Origin: a virus
Taxonomy: Duplodnaviria; Caudoviricetes
Length of the DNA stretch: 64,000 nucleotides
IMG/VR virus record: IMGVR_UViG_3300021164_001175
Location: 1-64,000 of that record
Reading direction: 5' to 3' (one strand)
The notes under the pieces are model-generated. The model searched no databases, was not told where the DNA came from, and was given only the letters and a program-made list of their open reading frames with translations. The position numbers and the translations under genes were made by a program. Positions 19,204-28,155 of the stretch are shown piece after piece; position 1 is the stretch's first letter, and each line of letters starts with the position of its first letter.

Positions 19204-19348
19204 ACTCGCAATCGTGTCCGTACCAGTAATCGTTGGCTTCATCTTCATCTCGCATGTCGAATACTCGCCCACACTCAACACATTTTTGTTCCCTCACAGG
19301 AAGTTTGCCGAGATATAAATCGGTCATTGTCTTTGCTGTAATTTTCAT
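19202..19348 (-). CDS. 48-aa zinc-binding-like protein (below ORF-track cutoff)
   Basis: MKITAK...CVECGRVF...YGHDCE; TAA overlaps element copy 3. Confidence 0.55.
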   Translation of the reverse strand: MKITAKTMTDLYLGKLPVREQKCVECGRVFDMRDEDEANDYWYGHDCE

Positions 19349-19506
19349 GCCAATCCCCTTTTTACTAGTAGTGCATCAACTTTTTTTTCTACTCGCGCAA
19401 TTCCAACTTCGTCACCTTTTGATACATATAACAAGTAGAGGTCTACCAATTCCTGTATCTCATCAAGACGTGCTTTTGACTCTGCATATTCCGTTTTGTT
19501 TGTCAT
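19345..19506 (-). CDS. Small leaderless hypothetical protein
   Basis: ATG 6 nt after the -10 box of element copy 4. Confidence 0.6.
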   Translation of the reverse strand: MTNKTEYAESKARLDEIQELVDLYLLYVSKGDEVGIARVEKKVDALLVKRGLA

Positions 19507-19512
19507 ACCAGT

Positions 19513-19587
19513 AATGTAGCAAGTCGGGATAGGCTTTTTGGCGATGCCGGCCCAATCGCCAAAAAGGGTATATCTATTTGCTAGTAT
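19513..19587. promoter_or_regulatory. Divergent pair of 34-bp elements (copy 4 minus 19513-19546; copy 5 plus 19554-19587)
   Basis: -10 boxes TACATT and TAGTAT; marks a strand switch. Confidence 0.8.
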
Positions 19588-19617
19588 CAATTCACCTACT
19601 AGAACGAGGAGAGCGAA

Positions 19618-19968
19618 ATGAACGCAACGATTGAAGAGATGTTTGAGGATGTAAAGGAAGCGATGAATTCGGCAAAGCTTGTCGCATTCGATGGCTGCCA
19701 CAAAATCTATCTTGCGATGGATGACGAGCAAGCCGAGTGGTTCAAGAAGCACTACAACGGTGCAGATTGCACTGACCGAAACTTCACATCTTCACCCGAA
19801 GAAATGTTGAAGATGGTTCGTGAGTGGTGGGATGAGTCTTGTGGACTCCGATTCATAAATGCAGTGGAGACAAATGAAGAAGACCCAAATGCTGGGTTCA
19901 CTACACTGATTCCACAAGGTGCAGGTGAAGACGAAGTTGAAGAAGACGAAGAAGAAGACGAGGAATAG
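19618..19968 (+). CDS. Hypothetical protein with acidic tail
   Basis: AFDGCHKIYL motif; GAGGAG RBS. Confidence 0.7.
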   Translation: MNATIEEMFEDVKEAMNSAKLVAFDGCHKIYLAMDDEQAEWFKKHYNGADCTDRNFTSSPEEMLKMVREWWDESCGLRFINAVETNEEDPNAGFTTLIPQGAGEDEVEEDEEEDEE

Positions 19969-19976
19969 GAGACAAC

Positions 19977-20351
19977 ATGGAATACACAGAAGAAGAGTTT
20001 GAGCAACTCCGATTGTCGGTGGCAATTATGAATTGGACACTTGACGAGATTGAAGGCTGCCAAATCAGACCCCAACTATTCATCAATGCATCGCGTTACA
20101 TAGACGAGAAGCTCCGTAGGTCAGTTGAAAATGACGAGAGCTTTGATGTTGAGACATGCCTCGAAGAAATGCAATTCCAAGATGAAGAGGTAACACTCTC
20201 TATTGGTTGGCTTGTATCTCTAATCGGAAGCATGATTGAGAAGGACAGAAACCTGGCAGACATGAGCCAAGAGCAAATTGACCAAGACGACCAGTTTTGG
20301 GCAACTTGGAAGACTGTTTGCGAAGAGAACCGTAAGAAGAGGGGCAATTAG
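19977..20351 (+). CDS. Acidic hypothetical protein
   Basis: AGGAG RBS. Confidence 0.6.
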   Translation: MEYTEEEFEQLRLSVAIMNWTLDEIEGCQIRPQLFINASRYIDEKLRRSVENDESFDVETCLEEMQFQDEEVTLSIGWLVSLIGSMIEKDRNLADMSQEQIDQDDQFWATWKTVCEENRKKRGN

Positions 20352-20415
20352 CATCCACCACTTTTGTTGTTGGTTGCGCTAATTTGGTTAGTACCTACTA
20401 AACAAGGAGAACGAG

Positions 20416-20751
20416 ATGAGAACAGAAAAGTATTACCAAACACGTCGGATTGTGCGATTTATTTTTTGGGCCGCACTCTTGGGTATTTGCACTTGGGTCA
20501 TTACCTACTCGCTTACAGAGATGAATAGGTACTCATGCAATACAGAAGTGGTTGTCGTTGGTGACAATGGACAGAACACTCTTTGGGAAATTGGTACACA
20601 GAATTGTGTCGGCAATGTCGCAAGAGCAGTAGATGCACTTGTCGATACTTACGGAGTGACAATTCATGTCGGGCAGAGAATATTCTTGCCACAAAATAAT
20701 GATTGCCAACTTCGCATAGATGATGGTGGCCAAGTATGGGAAGATTGCTAA
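20416..20751 (+). CDS. Membrane protein with LysM-like domain
   Basis: N-terminal TM; TLWEIG...IHVGQRIFLP. Confidence 0.6.
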   Translation: MRTEKYYQTRRIVRFIFWAALLGICTWVITYSLTEMNRYSCNTEVVVVGDNGQNTLWEIGTQNCVGNVARAVDALVDTYGVTIHVGQRIFLPQNNDCQLRIDDGGQVWEDC

Positions 20752-20966
20752 TGATAAAAACAAAACTCATGGCAGGTTCAATCGTCCGTATTCCGGTGTC
20801 GTTCGGGTATCACCACCCGAGAGGCAAGATTGCTCGCTTGACAACTCACCATGTTGAGGCAGTGTTCAATAAGTTCACTGACGAAACGGAAGAGTATGTA
20901 GAAGTTGAATACAACAAGTTCACCTTTGTTGTTAGTCGTGGCCAACTAGATGCAGATTACGAGTAG
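20751..20966 (+). CDS. Hypothetical protein
   Basis: TAATG coupling. Confidence 0.5.
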   Translation: MIKTKLMAGSIVRIPVSFGYHHPRGKIARLTTHHVEAVFNKFTDETEEYVEVEYNKFTFVVSRGQLDADYE

Positions 20967-20968
20967 TT

Positions 20969-21340
20969 ATGACTGAACTGAAGTTGCTGAAGAAGATAAT
21001 TGAATGCGATGCTTGTGGCGAGTATTACGAAGCCGGCAGCCAGGAATTTATCTTTGACAATGGTTGGGTGATGAAGTCAAAACAGTTCGGATACTACGGT
21101 GGCTTTGATGATGAGATGTTCGCCGATGAAGATGAAGAACGAGATGATTGGTTCATGTGCCACGATTGCATTGTTGTTCTTCTAGAGACGTTCCCAAAGC
21201 TCGGCGCGACTGTCGGCAAAGGTTCTCACCCATGTGAAGACGAGACACCATGCTGTCAGTGGGCATGGAGAAGTTCCGGAGACACTCTCCAATTAGCAAA
21301 CATGGAATTGGAGTGGGTCGATGTTGGCCCACCTGTATAA
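20969..21340 (+). CDS. Cys-rich hypothetical protein
   Basis: CDAC...CHDC; TAA overlaps element copy 6. Confidence 0.6.
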   Translation: MTELKLLKKIIECDACGEYYEAGSQEFIFDNGWVMKSKQFGYYGGFDDEMFADEDEERDDWFMCHDCIVVLLETFPKLGATVGKGSHPCEDETPCCQWAWRSSGDTLQLANMELEWVDVGPPV

Positions 21341-21373
21341 ATCGCCAAAAAGCCTATCCCTATTTAGTAATCT
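21340..21373 (+). promoter_or_regulatory. 34-bp element, copy 6
   Basis: AATCGCCAAAAAGCCTATCCCTATTTAG-TAATCT. Confidence 0.75.
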
Positions 21374-21405
21374 TCCAAGTACCTACTATAACAAAGGAAA
21401 ACATC

Positions 21406-21861
21406 ATGGGTTTAGACCAGTACCTTTATGCCAAGAAATACACTTCCCAAACTTATGCACGACCTGACCAGTTCGCTGTTCTTGCAGGTGCAATCGGTGA
21501 GGACATGAAGTTCATCACTAAAGAAAGTCCAAGCATCTCCGTTGAGATGAAAGTCGGTCAATGGCGAAAAGCCAATGCAATTCACTCATACTTCGTGGAC
21601 AACTGTCAGGGTGGCGAAGATGATTGCCGCGAAAGTTATGTGGACAGAGAAAAACTTGTAGAACTACTTGACTTGTGCAAGCAAGTTCTCGCTGACCACT
21701 CAAAAGCAGATGAGTTGCTATCAACTCAATCAGGTTTCTTTTTTGGCTCAACGGAATACGGCGAGTGGTACTTCCAAGACTTAGAGGACACCGTAAGCAT
21801 CATTGAGAATTGTCTCTCAATGGGAGATGACTGGTCGTTCTACTACCAATCGTCTTGGTAG
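21406..21861 (+). CDS. Conserved phage hypothetical protein (MGLDQYLY...WRKANAIH...GFFFGSTEY)
   Basis: AAGGA RBS; recognisable phage family motifs. Confidence 0.75.
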   Translation: MGLDQYLYAKKYTSQTYARPDQFAVLAGAIGEDMKFITKESPSISVEMKVGQWRKANAIHSYFVDNCQGGEDDCRESYVDREKLVELLDLCKQVLADHSKADELLSTQSGFFFGSTEYGEWYFQDLEDTVSIIENCLSMGDDWSFYYQSSW

Positions 21862-21902
21862 AGAGTTCCAACAATTCGACCCACAACAACAAGGAGAGAA
21901 AT

Positions 21903-22175
21903 ATGATTACCATGAAAGACCAAACATTACGAGTTGGCAGCACGTTGCTCAATGGCGCGACAGTAGTTGCTTGCACGAAATCCGGCGAGCGAGTAGAGAA
22001 CGAAACTCTTGCGAACTGGATTGCAATTTGTGTGAGAGGTGGAGACAACCATGACGATTATGTTGTATGGCGAATTGCCGCGACAGAAAAGGGTTTCTCT
22101 GCCGAGAGTGGCGACTACTCAAACACTCTCACGGAAGCCATTGAGAACTATGAACGTCGTGGGGGCAAGCTCTAA
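21903..22175 (+). CDS. Hypothetical protein
   Basis: AAGGAG RBS; TAA overlaps element copy 7. Confidence 0.6.
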   Translation: MITMKDQTLRVGSTLLNGATVVACTKSGERVENETLANWIAICVRGGDNHDDYVVWRIAATEKGFSAESGDYSNTLTEAIENYERRGGKL

Positions 22176-22208
22176 ATCGCCAAGAAGGGTATCCCTATTT
22201 TCTATACT
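22175..22208 (+). promoter_or_regulatory. 34-bp element, copy 7
   Basis: AATCGCCAAGAAGGGTATCCCTATTTTC-TATACT. Confidence 0.75.
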
Positions 22209-22239
22209 TGAATTACCTACTAGAACAAGGAGAAAGCAA

Positions 22240-22524
22240 ATGAAAAGTTCATACGGTCGAAGTGTCGGAGTTGTCTCCGTCAATTCCAATGTGATTGAGA
22301 AAGTTATCTACATGGGCGAAGCCTCTCACAAGGAAGCAAAATTGGAGATTGAGTTTTGCAACGGCAAGACTTACGAAATCACTGGTTCGGCTGCCTCTGA
22401 TGTTTGGGCAACGTTCAACCTTGCTGTCTCAAACAACGAAAGCATTGGTCAATGGTTCAACCGTGAGGTGAAGAACCAGCACGAATTGGTGCTCACCCAA
22501 CTCACGAAGTTCGTGACGGTATAA
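22240..22524 (+). CDS. KTSC-like domain protein
   Basis: SNVIEKVIY...LEIEFCNGKTY...SIGQWFNREVK. Confidence 0.55.
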   Translation: MKSSYGRSVGVVSVNSNVIEKVIYMGEASHKEAKLEIEFCNGKTYEITGSAASDVWATFNLAVSNNESIGQWFNREVKNQHELVLTQLTKFVTV

Positions 22525-22553
22525 CACCTACCGAAATCGTTGGGTTCAAGTCA

Positions 22554-22588
22554 GGAGTGCCGGCATTGCATGGTCATGTCGGCACTCC
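22554..22588 (+). terminator. Strong intergenic stem-loop
   Basis: GGAGTGCCGGCAT...ATGTCGGCACTCC; no U-tract, so function uncertain. Confidence 0.5.
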
Positions 22589-22628
22589 CATCTTGATTAC
22601 AATTTGATTATCACCTCTAAGGAGAAAC

Positions 22629-22853
22629 ATGGACACCAACATAAACGACTACCTCAATAACAACCTCAATGAGGTTCTGCAAGTTCCATTCGCATTGAGT
22701 GGCGCAACGTGGTCAGTGATTATTGAGACACTCGAATCTTCTATTGACTTCATCATCAAAAGCAAAAATCCAGGCTTGGCAGCAGAGCTTGGCGACTTCA
22801 GAGACTTGGTAATGAAATCCATAGACCTCTCCATCGGAAAGGAGACAGCGTAA
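22629..22853 (+). CDS. Hypothetical protein
   Basis: AAGGAG RBS. Confidence 0.6.
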   Translation: MDTNINDYLNNNLNEVLQVPFALSGATWSVIIETLESSIDFIIKSKNPGLAAELGDFRDLVMKSIDLSIGKETA

Positions 22854-22984
22854 TGGCCACAGTAATCGTTACCGAAGACGGAAAGCTTCTTGATAAAAAG
22901 GGCAGAGAAATCGTAGACAGCGACAAGTTGGACGAACTCACAAAAGCATTTTTGGAAGCATGGAACTCCGGCAAAGAAGAGTAA
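22853..22984 (+). CDS. 43-aa hypothetical protein (below cutoff)
   Basis: AAGGAG RBS, TAATG coupling; TAA overlaps element copy 8. Confidence 0.55.
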   Translation: MATVIVTEDGKLLDKKGREIVDSDKLDELTKAFLEAWNSGKEE

Positions 22985-23016
22985 TCGCCAAAAAGGGTAT
23001 CCCGAATTATTAGTCT
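22983..23016 (+). promoter_or_regulatory. 34-bp element, copy 8
   Basis: AATCGCCAAAAAGGGTATCCCGAATTAT-TAGTCT. Confidence 0.75.
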
Positions 23017-23047
23017 CTAAGTACCTACTAAAACAAGGAGCAAGCAA

Positions 23048-23362
23048 ATGGAAAGCACCGTTAGAACGTGGACACTCATGAAGCAGAGCGATGGTGTTCG
23101 TGGAATGCAGGGCAGCGAAAAGCAGTACCTAGTCTGCATCATCGAGTCAAGGCACTTCAGTGCATATGTAAAGCGATTCAAGGTTGTCTCGTACTGGGGC
23201 AAAGCAGAATTGGACAAGAGCGAACTGCAGTCAAAATCTGCAAAGATTTATCACATGTCGCTCACCGAAGCGATGATGGTGGCCAACAATTTGGTTGACA
23301 AGAAAATCAACACTGGCTACACTGTTACTGATGTAAACATTCAAGATTCCCAATACGCCTAA
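23048..23362 (+). CDS. WGR-like domain protein
   Basis: VVSYWGKA...EAMMVANNLVDKKINTGY. Confidence 0.55.
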   Translation: MESTVRTWTLMKQSDGVRGMQGSEKQYLVCIIESRHFSAYVKRFKVVSYWGKAELDKSELQSKSAKIYHMSLTEAMMVANNLVDKKINTGYTVTDVNIQDSQYA

Positions 23363-23380
23363 TAGAAAACGGAGAAAAAA

Positions 23381-23806
23381 ATGTCTATTCAAAAGAAAGA
23401 TGTTCAATCGTTTCGTGATGAAATGATGAAAGCACTAGAGCCAGTGCTGCAAAAGTTCGGATACGAACTCACCAAGAGCAATGCAACTTATTCAGACACA
23501 TTCATCAAGTATGCACTCACTGTCTCATTGAGCGACAAGAGTGACAACGGAGTGAACATGTCGGGCGAGTATGCAGATGCATACAAGCAGATGGGACATA
23601 TGTACGGACTAGTTCCGAACTTGTTGGGCAAGGAGTTCATCACGAATGGTCGCTCAATGGCATTCGCCGGCATCGCAAGCAAGAGGTCAAAGTACCCATT
23701 CGCCGTAGTTGAAGTGTCTACTGGCAAGCATTACTTCATTCAGGACACAGATATTGTCAAGGAGAAGTTGAATGGGAGACCACTGATAGATGTTACAAAG
23801 AAGTGA
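23381..23806 (+). CDS. Hypothetical protein
   Basis: GGAG RBS; RSKYPF motif. Confidence 0.6.
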   Translation: MSIQKKDVQSFRDEMMKALEPVLQKFGYELTKSNATYSDTFIKYALTVSLSDKSDNGVNMSGEYADAYKQMGHMYGLVPNLLGKEFITNGRSMAFAGIASKRSKYPFAVVEVSTGKHYFIQDTDIVKEKLNGRPLIDVTKK

Positions 23807-24048
23807 GAGAGCCAAGTTTTGATTGCATGGATTGTGGAGTAGACACTGTTGAAGGTGACTACTTCATGATTCATGATTGGCTATGGCACCAGGTGGCCGG
23901 CGATAGGCATGAGGAGATGCTCTGCATTGAATGTACCTCAATACGTCTAGGTCGAAGCTTGAGAGAAGAAGACTTCACTGATTGCAGTCTCAATTACTCA
24001 ATGGGGTTCAAATCGCCAAGAAGTGTATCCCGAATGGCTAATATCTAA
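23803..24048 (+). CDS. Cys4 zinc-binding hypothetical protein
   Basis: CMDC...LCIEC...RLGR. Confidence 0.6.
   Translation: MREPSFDCMDCGVDTVEGDYFMIHDWLWHQVAGDRHEEMLCIECTSIRLGRSLREEDFTDCSLNYSMGFKSPRSVSRMANI
24011..24044 (+). promoter_or_regulatory. 34-bp element, copy 9 (leaderless ATG at 24051)
   Basis: AATCGCCAAGAAGTGTATCCCGAATGGC-TAATAT. Confidence 0.75.
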
Positions 24049-24050
24049 TT

Positions 24051-24590
24051 ATGACAACTTTACTAGAAACTGAAATCAAGCAAGTCATGAGCAACTTCAT
24101 AGACCTCAAGATAAAGACTTGCGCGAATAACAATGGCCCACAAGACCTAGCACCCATGTATCATGTCGTGCTCGAGAATGATGACATCCTTGCTGCGATT
24201 GCACCATTGGACAAACATCCTGTTGAAGCATTGCGAGACACATTGCCACTCGTATTGTTCAACAACAATCCGAAGTTCACAATGTTCATGACCGAGGGTT
24301 ATATGCGAAGCATTGCCTCATTGGGAGAAACAAGAAATCATGTTCGTGGACAACTTGAACAAGAGTTCAAGGAAAATCCTGCTGCGGATGTCAAAGAGAC
24401 AATCAATGTTCACGGCATGGATAGGTCGGGCACTCAAGTAATGGGAGTAGTTACATTTACCTACGATGACCAAGGTCGCCCAGTATTTGATGAGCCAATG
24501 TTCGCCGAGGTGGTCGAGGAGATGTTGGAAGCAAATGTTCCACAAATATTCGCTCTTTCGTACCAGTACGTGAAAGCAATGACGAACTAG
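24051..24590 (+). CDS. Hypothetical protein (possible distant paralog of 54128..54778)
   Basis: FMTEGY...VKETINVH vs MVAEGF...IGECITITH. Confidence 0.6.
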   Translation: MTTLLETEIKQVMSNFIDLKIKTCANNNGPQDLAPMYHVVLENDDILAAIAPLDKHPVEALRDTLPLVLFNNNPKFTMFMTEGYMRSIASLGETRNHVRGQLEQEFKENPAADVKETINVHGMDRSGTQVMGVVTFTYDDQGRPVFDEPMFAEVVEEMLEANVPQIFALSYQYVKAMTN

Positions 24591-24603
24591 ATAGAGTTGG
24601 GGT

Positions 24604-24807
24604 ATGTCAAATACCCCACTCTTTCGGTGTCGCGTGTGTCAGCACGACATTGACCCCAAAGCCGGAACTACGGTGCGAAAGGTGACAGCCTGGGTGCGAG
24701 GTGCTGGAAAATCGGTGTATCTCATTGCTGATGAACACCACGAATTCGTCCATGACTTCTGCGTGGAATACAACAAGGAAGCCCAACAAGAGTCATTGTT
24801 TGACTAG
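24604..24807 (+). CDS. Small zinc-binding protein
   Basis: CRVC...HDFC; TAGAGT-6nt-ATG leaderless start. Confidence 0.55.
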   Translation: MSNTPLFRCRVCQHDIDPKAGTTVRKVTAWVRGAGKSVYLIADEHHEFVHDFCVEYNKEAQQESLFD

Positions 24808-24845
24808 TGCCACATTGAAGCTCTTACATGGGCTAATGTAGCCCC

Positions 24846-26810
24846 ATGAACGTTCTCAGTCTTTTTTCCGGCGTGGGTGGCTTTGACATGGGCCTTGAGG
24901 CGGCGGGTTACAAAACAATATTTCAATGCGAATGGGACAAAAACTGTCAAAAGGTATTGAACAAGCATTGGCCTGATGTCCCAAAATGGGGAGATGTCTC
25001 AACACTCACTGGAGAGCACATTATTCGCGCATCAGGTCCACCGGATGTCGTTGCATGGGGAAGCCCGTGTCAAGACATGTCCGTTGCCGGCAAGCGTGCT
25101 GGTCTCGAGGGTGCCAAGTCGGGACTGTTCCACGAAGGAATCAGAATCATCAAGGAAATAAGGGAGCTAACAAACAATGAATATCCAAGAATCTCTATAT
25201 GGGAGAACGTCCCAGGAGCACTCTCTTCCAACAGAGGTGCTGACTTCGGGGTCGTCCTTGACGAAATGGCAAAAGCAGGGGCGTTGGTCGTCGAATGGGC
25301 CGTCCTGGATGCTCAATTTTTCGGAGTGCCCCAGCGCCGACGCCGCATTTTTCTCACAGCTCTCTTCAATCCTAGAGATGCCGAGCAATGTGGATTCAAA
25401 ATTTTTCCTGTCTCCGAAAGCTTGCCAGGGGATTTTGCGTCGCGCGCAAAGAAGAGGAAAGGAACTGCCGCCGGTTCTCCTCGAAGCACTGAATCGAGTA
25501 GCCAACCGAGCGCCTTTGGAAACTCCGGAATGGAAAAATGGGGAGACACCGAAGTAGCAATCACGTTGTCTGCGCGTGACTTCAAGGGCGGCAATACTGT
25601 CGTAATCGAAGGAACTCCATTAGCGCAAGAGGCTTTCACGAAGTCCCGACATGCGAAGGACTCAGAGGATTTTGAAACGTGGGTGCCAGGGGAAGTGTCG
25701 CCCACGTTGAATACTTTTGAGAATCACCAAGACACCCGTGCGACAGTTGCCATCGTGCAGCCGGAAGCTCTCGTTATTGACGGGACTAGGAACGATGATG
25801 TGCGCGTTTACGATGACGGAATCTCTCCAACGTTGACGCATCGAATGGGAACCGGAGGAAATAACACTCCGATGATTTTTGATGAAAGAAAGCCTAATTC
25901 TCCAATCGTCCTGGACAGAGCGGCGTTCAATCAAGGCCCAAATGCGCAGTGGGAGCCGCTGATGGAAGAAGCTGAATCCGTTCCGGCACTCGTTGCGCGT
26001 GGACCACATGCCGTGCTTGATACGTCGGGACTGTCTGATGAGATTGTGTTTGAACCTGGCGCGATGTCTCGAATGAAGTCCGATTATTACTCAGACAAGC
26101 TTGCACCAACGTTGCGTGCGAACATGGGAGATAATCAGCCGGCTGTAACTCAGCGTCTTGAAGCTACACCAATCCAAGATGGCCGTGAGATGGAAAAGAG
26201 TCAAAATGGGTTGGGAATTGGCAGCCCAGGTGACCCGGCGTACACGCTCGATACAACCGGGGCTCAAGCTGTTGCATTCTCGATACGTGAAGATGCAAAA
26301 GCTAACAACTTCAGCGCAAATGAGATTGAAATAGCTAATGCACTCCAGGCTCTTCAGCCGGCAACAACTTCGCATCATGCGCAGACACTCATTGCTCAGG
26401 ATGGAGTCCCGATTCACTCGTTTGACACTCAGTTTGGCTCGAATGCCGCAGTGTTTGAGAATCAGTCCCCAACTCTGAAGGCTTCACAACAATCGCCATC
26501 CGTTGCATACGTTTATGATGGATACAACCAAAGTGTTGATGATTCCGGAATCCATCGTTCGCTTCGCGTTGGTCGAGACTCAGGTGACTTCGTTTCAGAC
26601 TCAACGATGGTAGTGAGACGTTTGACGCCCCTGGAATGCGAGAGACTTATGGGATGGCCTGAGAATCACACCAAGTATGGGGCCGGCGATGAACTTATTG
26701 CCGATACTCAGAGATACAAGATGTGTGGCAATGGAGTTGCAAGTCCAGTAGCTAAATGGGTAGGCGAAGTATTGCTCACTACCTTAGGGGACAGCAAGGT
26801 CGAGGCTTAG
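24846..26810 (+). CDS. C5-cytosine DNA methyltransferase with a long repeated variable region
   Basis: Motif I LFSGVGG, IV GSPCQD, VI ENVPG, VIII QRRRRIF, IX RRLTPLECERL, X GNGVA. Confidence 0.92.
   Translation: MNVLSLFSGVGGFDMGLEAAGYKTIFQCEWDKNCQKVLNKHWPDVPKWGDVSTLTGEHIIRASGPPDVVAWGSPCQDMSVAGKRAGLEGAKSGLFHEGIRIIKEIRELTNNEYPRISIWENVPGALSSNRGADFGVVLDEMAKAGALVVEWAVLDAQFFGVPQRRRRIFLTALFNPRDAEQCGFKIFPVSESLPGDFASRAKKRKGTAAGSPRSTESSSQPSAFGNSGMEKWGDTEVAITLSARDFKGGNTVVIEGTPLAQEAFTKSRHAKDSEDFETWVPGEVSPTLNTFENHQDTRATVAIVQPEALVIDGTRNDDVRVYDDGISPTLTHRMGTGGNNTPMIFDERKPNSPIVLDRAAFNQGPNAQWEPLMEEAESVPALVARGPHAVLDTSGLSDEIVFEPGAMSRMKSDYYSDKLAPTLRANMGDNQPAVTQRLEATPIQDGREMEKSQNGLGIGSPGDPAYTLDTTGAQAVAFSIREDAKANNFSANEIEIANALQALQPATTSHHAQTLIAQDGVPIHSFDTQFGSNAAVFENQSPTLKASQQSPSVAYVYDGYNQSVDDSGIHRSLRVGRDSGDFVSDSTMVVRRLTPLECERLMGWPENHTKYGAGDELIADTQRYKMCGNGVASPVAKWVGEVLLTTLGDSKVEA
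25177..25557 (+). CDS. Nested +1-frame ORF inside the methyltransferase (putative second MTase polypeptide)
   Basis: GGGAG RBS; LSSILE...KFFLSPKACQGILRRAQRRGKELP resembles an MTase-associated segment. Confidence 0.55.
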   Translation: MNIQESLYGRTSQEHSLPTEVLTSGSSLTKWQKQGRWSSNGPSWMLNFSECPSADAAFFSQLSSILEMPSNVDSKFFLSPKACQGILRRAQRRGKELPPVLLEALNRVANRAPLETPEWKNGETPK

Positions 26811-26862
26811 GTTTTAGGAATGCCGGTCGCGGCTTCTTCTTAGCTTCTTCTTCGCTCATCTA

Positions 26863-27300
26863 CTAATTATACAACTCATTCTCGTAGTCAAGTGAGTCAA
26901 TCGGGGTAACTGTGTATGACCTGCCCATTGGTACGTCATGGTGAGACAGCACACAATGCAACTCTCCATTCTCGTAGGCATATCGCAGTCTCCATTCAGA
27001 GTCAACGGTAATTGCACGGAGCAATTCATTGGAGTCTCGGACTTCGACAACTCCACTGAGACTTCTATTCCACAATGGAAGTCCGTCTACTCGGAATGGG
27101 AACTTGTCGCCGTATGAGTCGCGCTCAAACAGCTGCATTGTTGCAATGGAAAAGGTCTCCACTGCAAACTCCCAGCAATCGCCGTAGCAATCCGTGAACT
27201 CAGAGTCCTCAGACTCACAAGTGCAAGTGTTGGTAATCTCTAGGTAGTCAAGTTTAGTAGTCATCGTCCTCGTCCTCGTCCTCGTCAATGCTATCGTCAA
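26863..27300 (-). CDS. Hypothetical protein
   Basis: CTC...CYGDCW; HHDVPMG; start probably MTTK. Confidence 0.6.
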   Translation of the reverse strand: MTIALTRTRTRTMTTKLDYLEITNTCTCESEDSEFTDCYGDCWEFAVETFSIATMQLFERDSYGDKFPFRVDGLPLWNRSLSGVVEVRDSNELLRAITVDSEWRLRYAYENGELHCVLSHHDVPMGRSYTVTPIDSLDYENELYN

Positions 27301-27634
27301 TGAAAATTACTTCCAATTTATGGACTCGTACTCCCCAACCTGCAGACTCGCCGATGGTTGCCCAAACTTCATAGCAACCGTCGCCGTAGCCAGTCGAACT
27401 AACTACTCCGGAAATTGCTCCAAGTTGGCCGCCCATTGCTTCGCTCAGAGTTGCCCCACAACTTCCATTGTATGAATATGGATAATTGCCCGACTCATCT
27501 GCTCGTGCAGGCTCGAACTTCTCATTGTCTATAAATCCCTTGACATAGCAAGGGTCGCTAATCATTATTTGACCTGAGTCAACTCCAACGTTGCCCAGTA
27601 GTACTCGCTTGATTACTTCGTTTTTTGCTTTCAT
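27254..27634 (-). CDS. DUF4241-like hypothetical protein
   Basis: VGVDSGQIMISDPCY...STGYGDGCY. Confidence 0.65.
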   Translation of the reverse strand: MKAKNEVIKRVLLGNVGVDSGQIMISDPCYVKGFIDNEKFEPARADESGNYPYSYNGSCGATLSEAMGGQLGAISGVVSSTGYGDGCYEVWATIGESAGWGVRVHKLEVIFIDDSIDEDEDEDDDY

Positions 27635-27771
27635 CGCGCTACTCCCTCGTGTTCGGTAACTTCGTGGTAACAAGCCTTGCAACACTCCACCCAACCGTCG
27701 AGACCATCGTCCATATAAGTTGAGTAAGCATCGCAACAAGTTGTTTTGTTTTCTGAATTGAGTTTGCTCAT
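27631..27771 (-). CDS. 46-aa Cys-rich leaderless protein (below cutoff)
   Basis: MSKLNSENKTTCCDAYSTY...ECCKACYHEV; ATG 6 nt after the -10 of element copy 10. Confidence 0.6.
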   Translation of the reverse strand: MSKLNSENKTTCCDAYSTYMDDGLDGWVECCKACYHEVTEHEGVAR

Positions 27772-27777
27772 AACCTG

Positions 27778-27811
27778 ACCTTAGTAATTAGAGACACCCT
27801 TATTGGCGATT
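27778..27811 (-). promoter_or_regulatory. 34-bp element, copy 10
   Basis: AATCGCCAATAAGGGTGTCTCTAATTAC-TAAGGT. Confidence 0.75.
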
Positions 27812-28040
27812 ACTCGCAATCCTGATACTCGTATTCCTCAGCACCATTGAACATCTCGTCCCAACATTCAGGATGAGTGCCAGTGATGAGTTGCTCGCGC
27901 AATGGTGCAGACAACTCCGGAAATGCATCCTGAATATATGCACCCGCAGCTCGCAATGACAATCCGTCACTGCTCACCTGAAGTTCGCCAAGTTCGCCAC
28001 AATGCATACAACGTTTGGTTTCGACAGTCACAATATTCAT
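27810..28040 (-). CDS. Conserved small phage protein (CxxC...IQDAFPELS...REQLITGTHPECW)
   Basis: AAGGAG RBS; TAA overlaps element copy 10. Confidence 0.7.
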   Translation of the reverse strand: MNIVTVETKRCMHCGELGELQVSSDGLSLRAAGAYIQDAFPELSAPLREQLITGTHPECWDEMFNGAEEYEYQDCE

Positions 28041-28069
28041 CTCGTACTCCTTGTTTAGTAGGTGAAGTA

Positions 28070-28148
28070 ATCATAGTAAATAGGGACATACTTATTGGCG
28101 ATTAGCTCCGGCCCAATCGCCAAAAAGGGTATCTCTAATTTGTACAGT
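28070..28148. promoter_or_regulatory. Divergent pair of 34-bp elements (copy 11 minus 28070-28103; copy 12 plus 28115-28148)
   Basis: -10 boxes TATGAT and TACAGT; shares the CCGGCCC spacer with the 19.5 kb pair. Confidence 0.8.
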
Positions 28149-28155
28149 AATGGGT

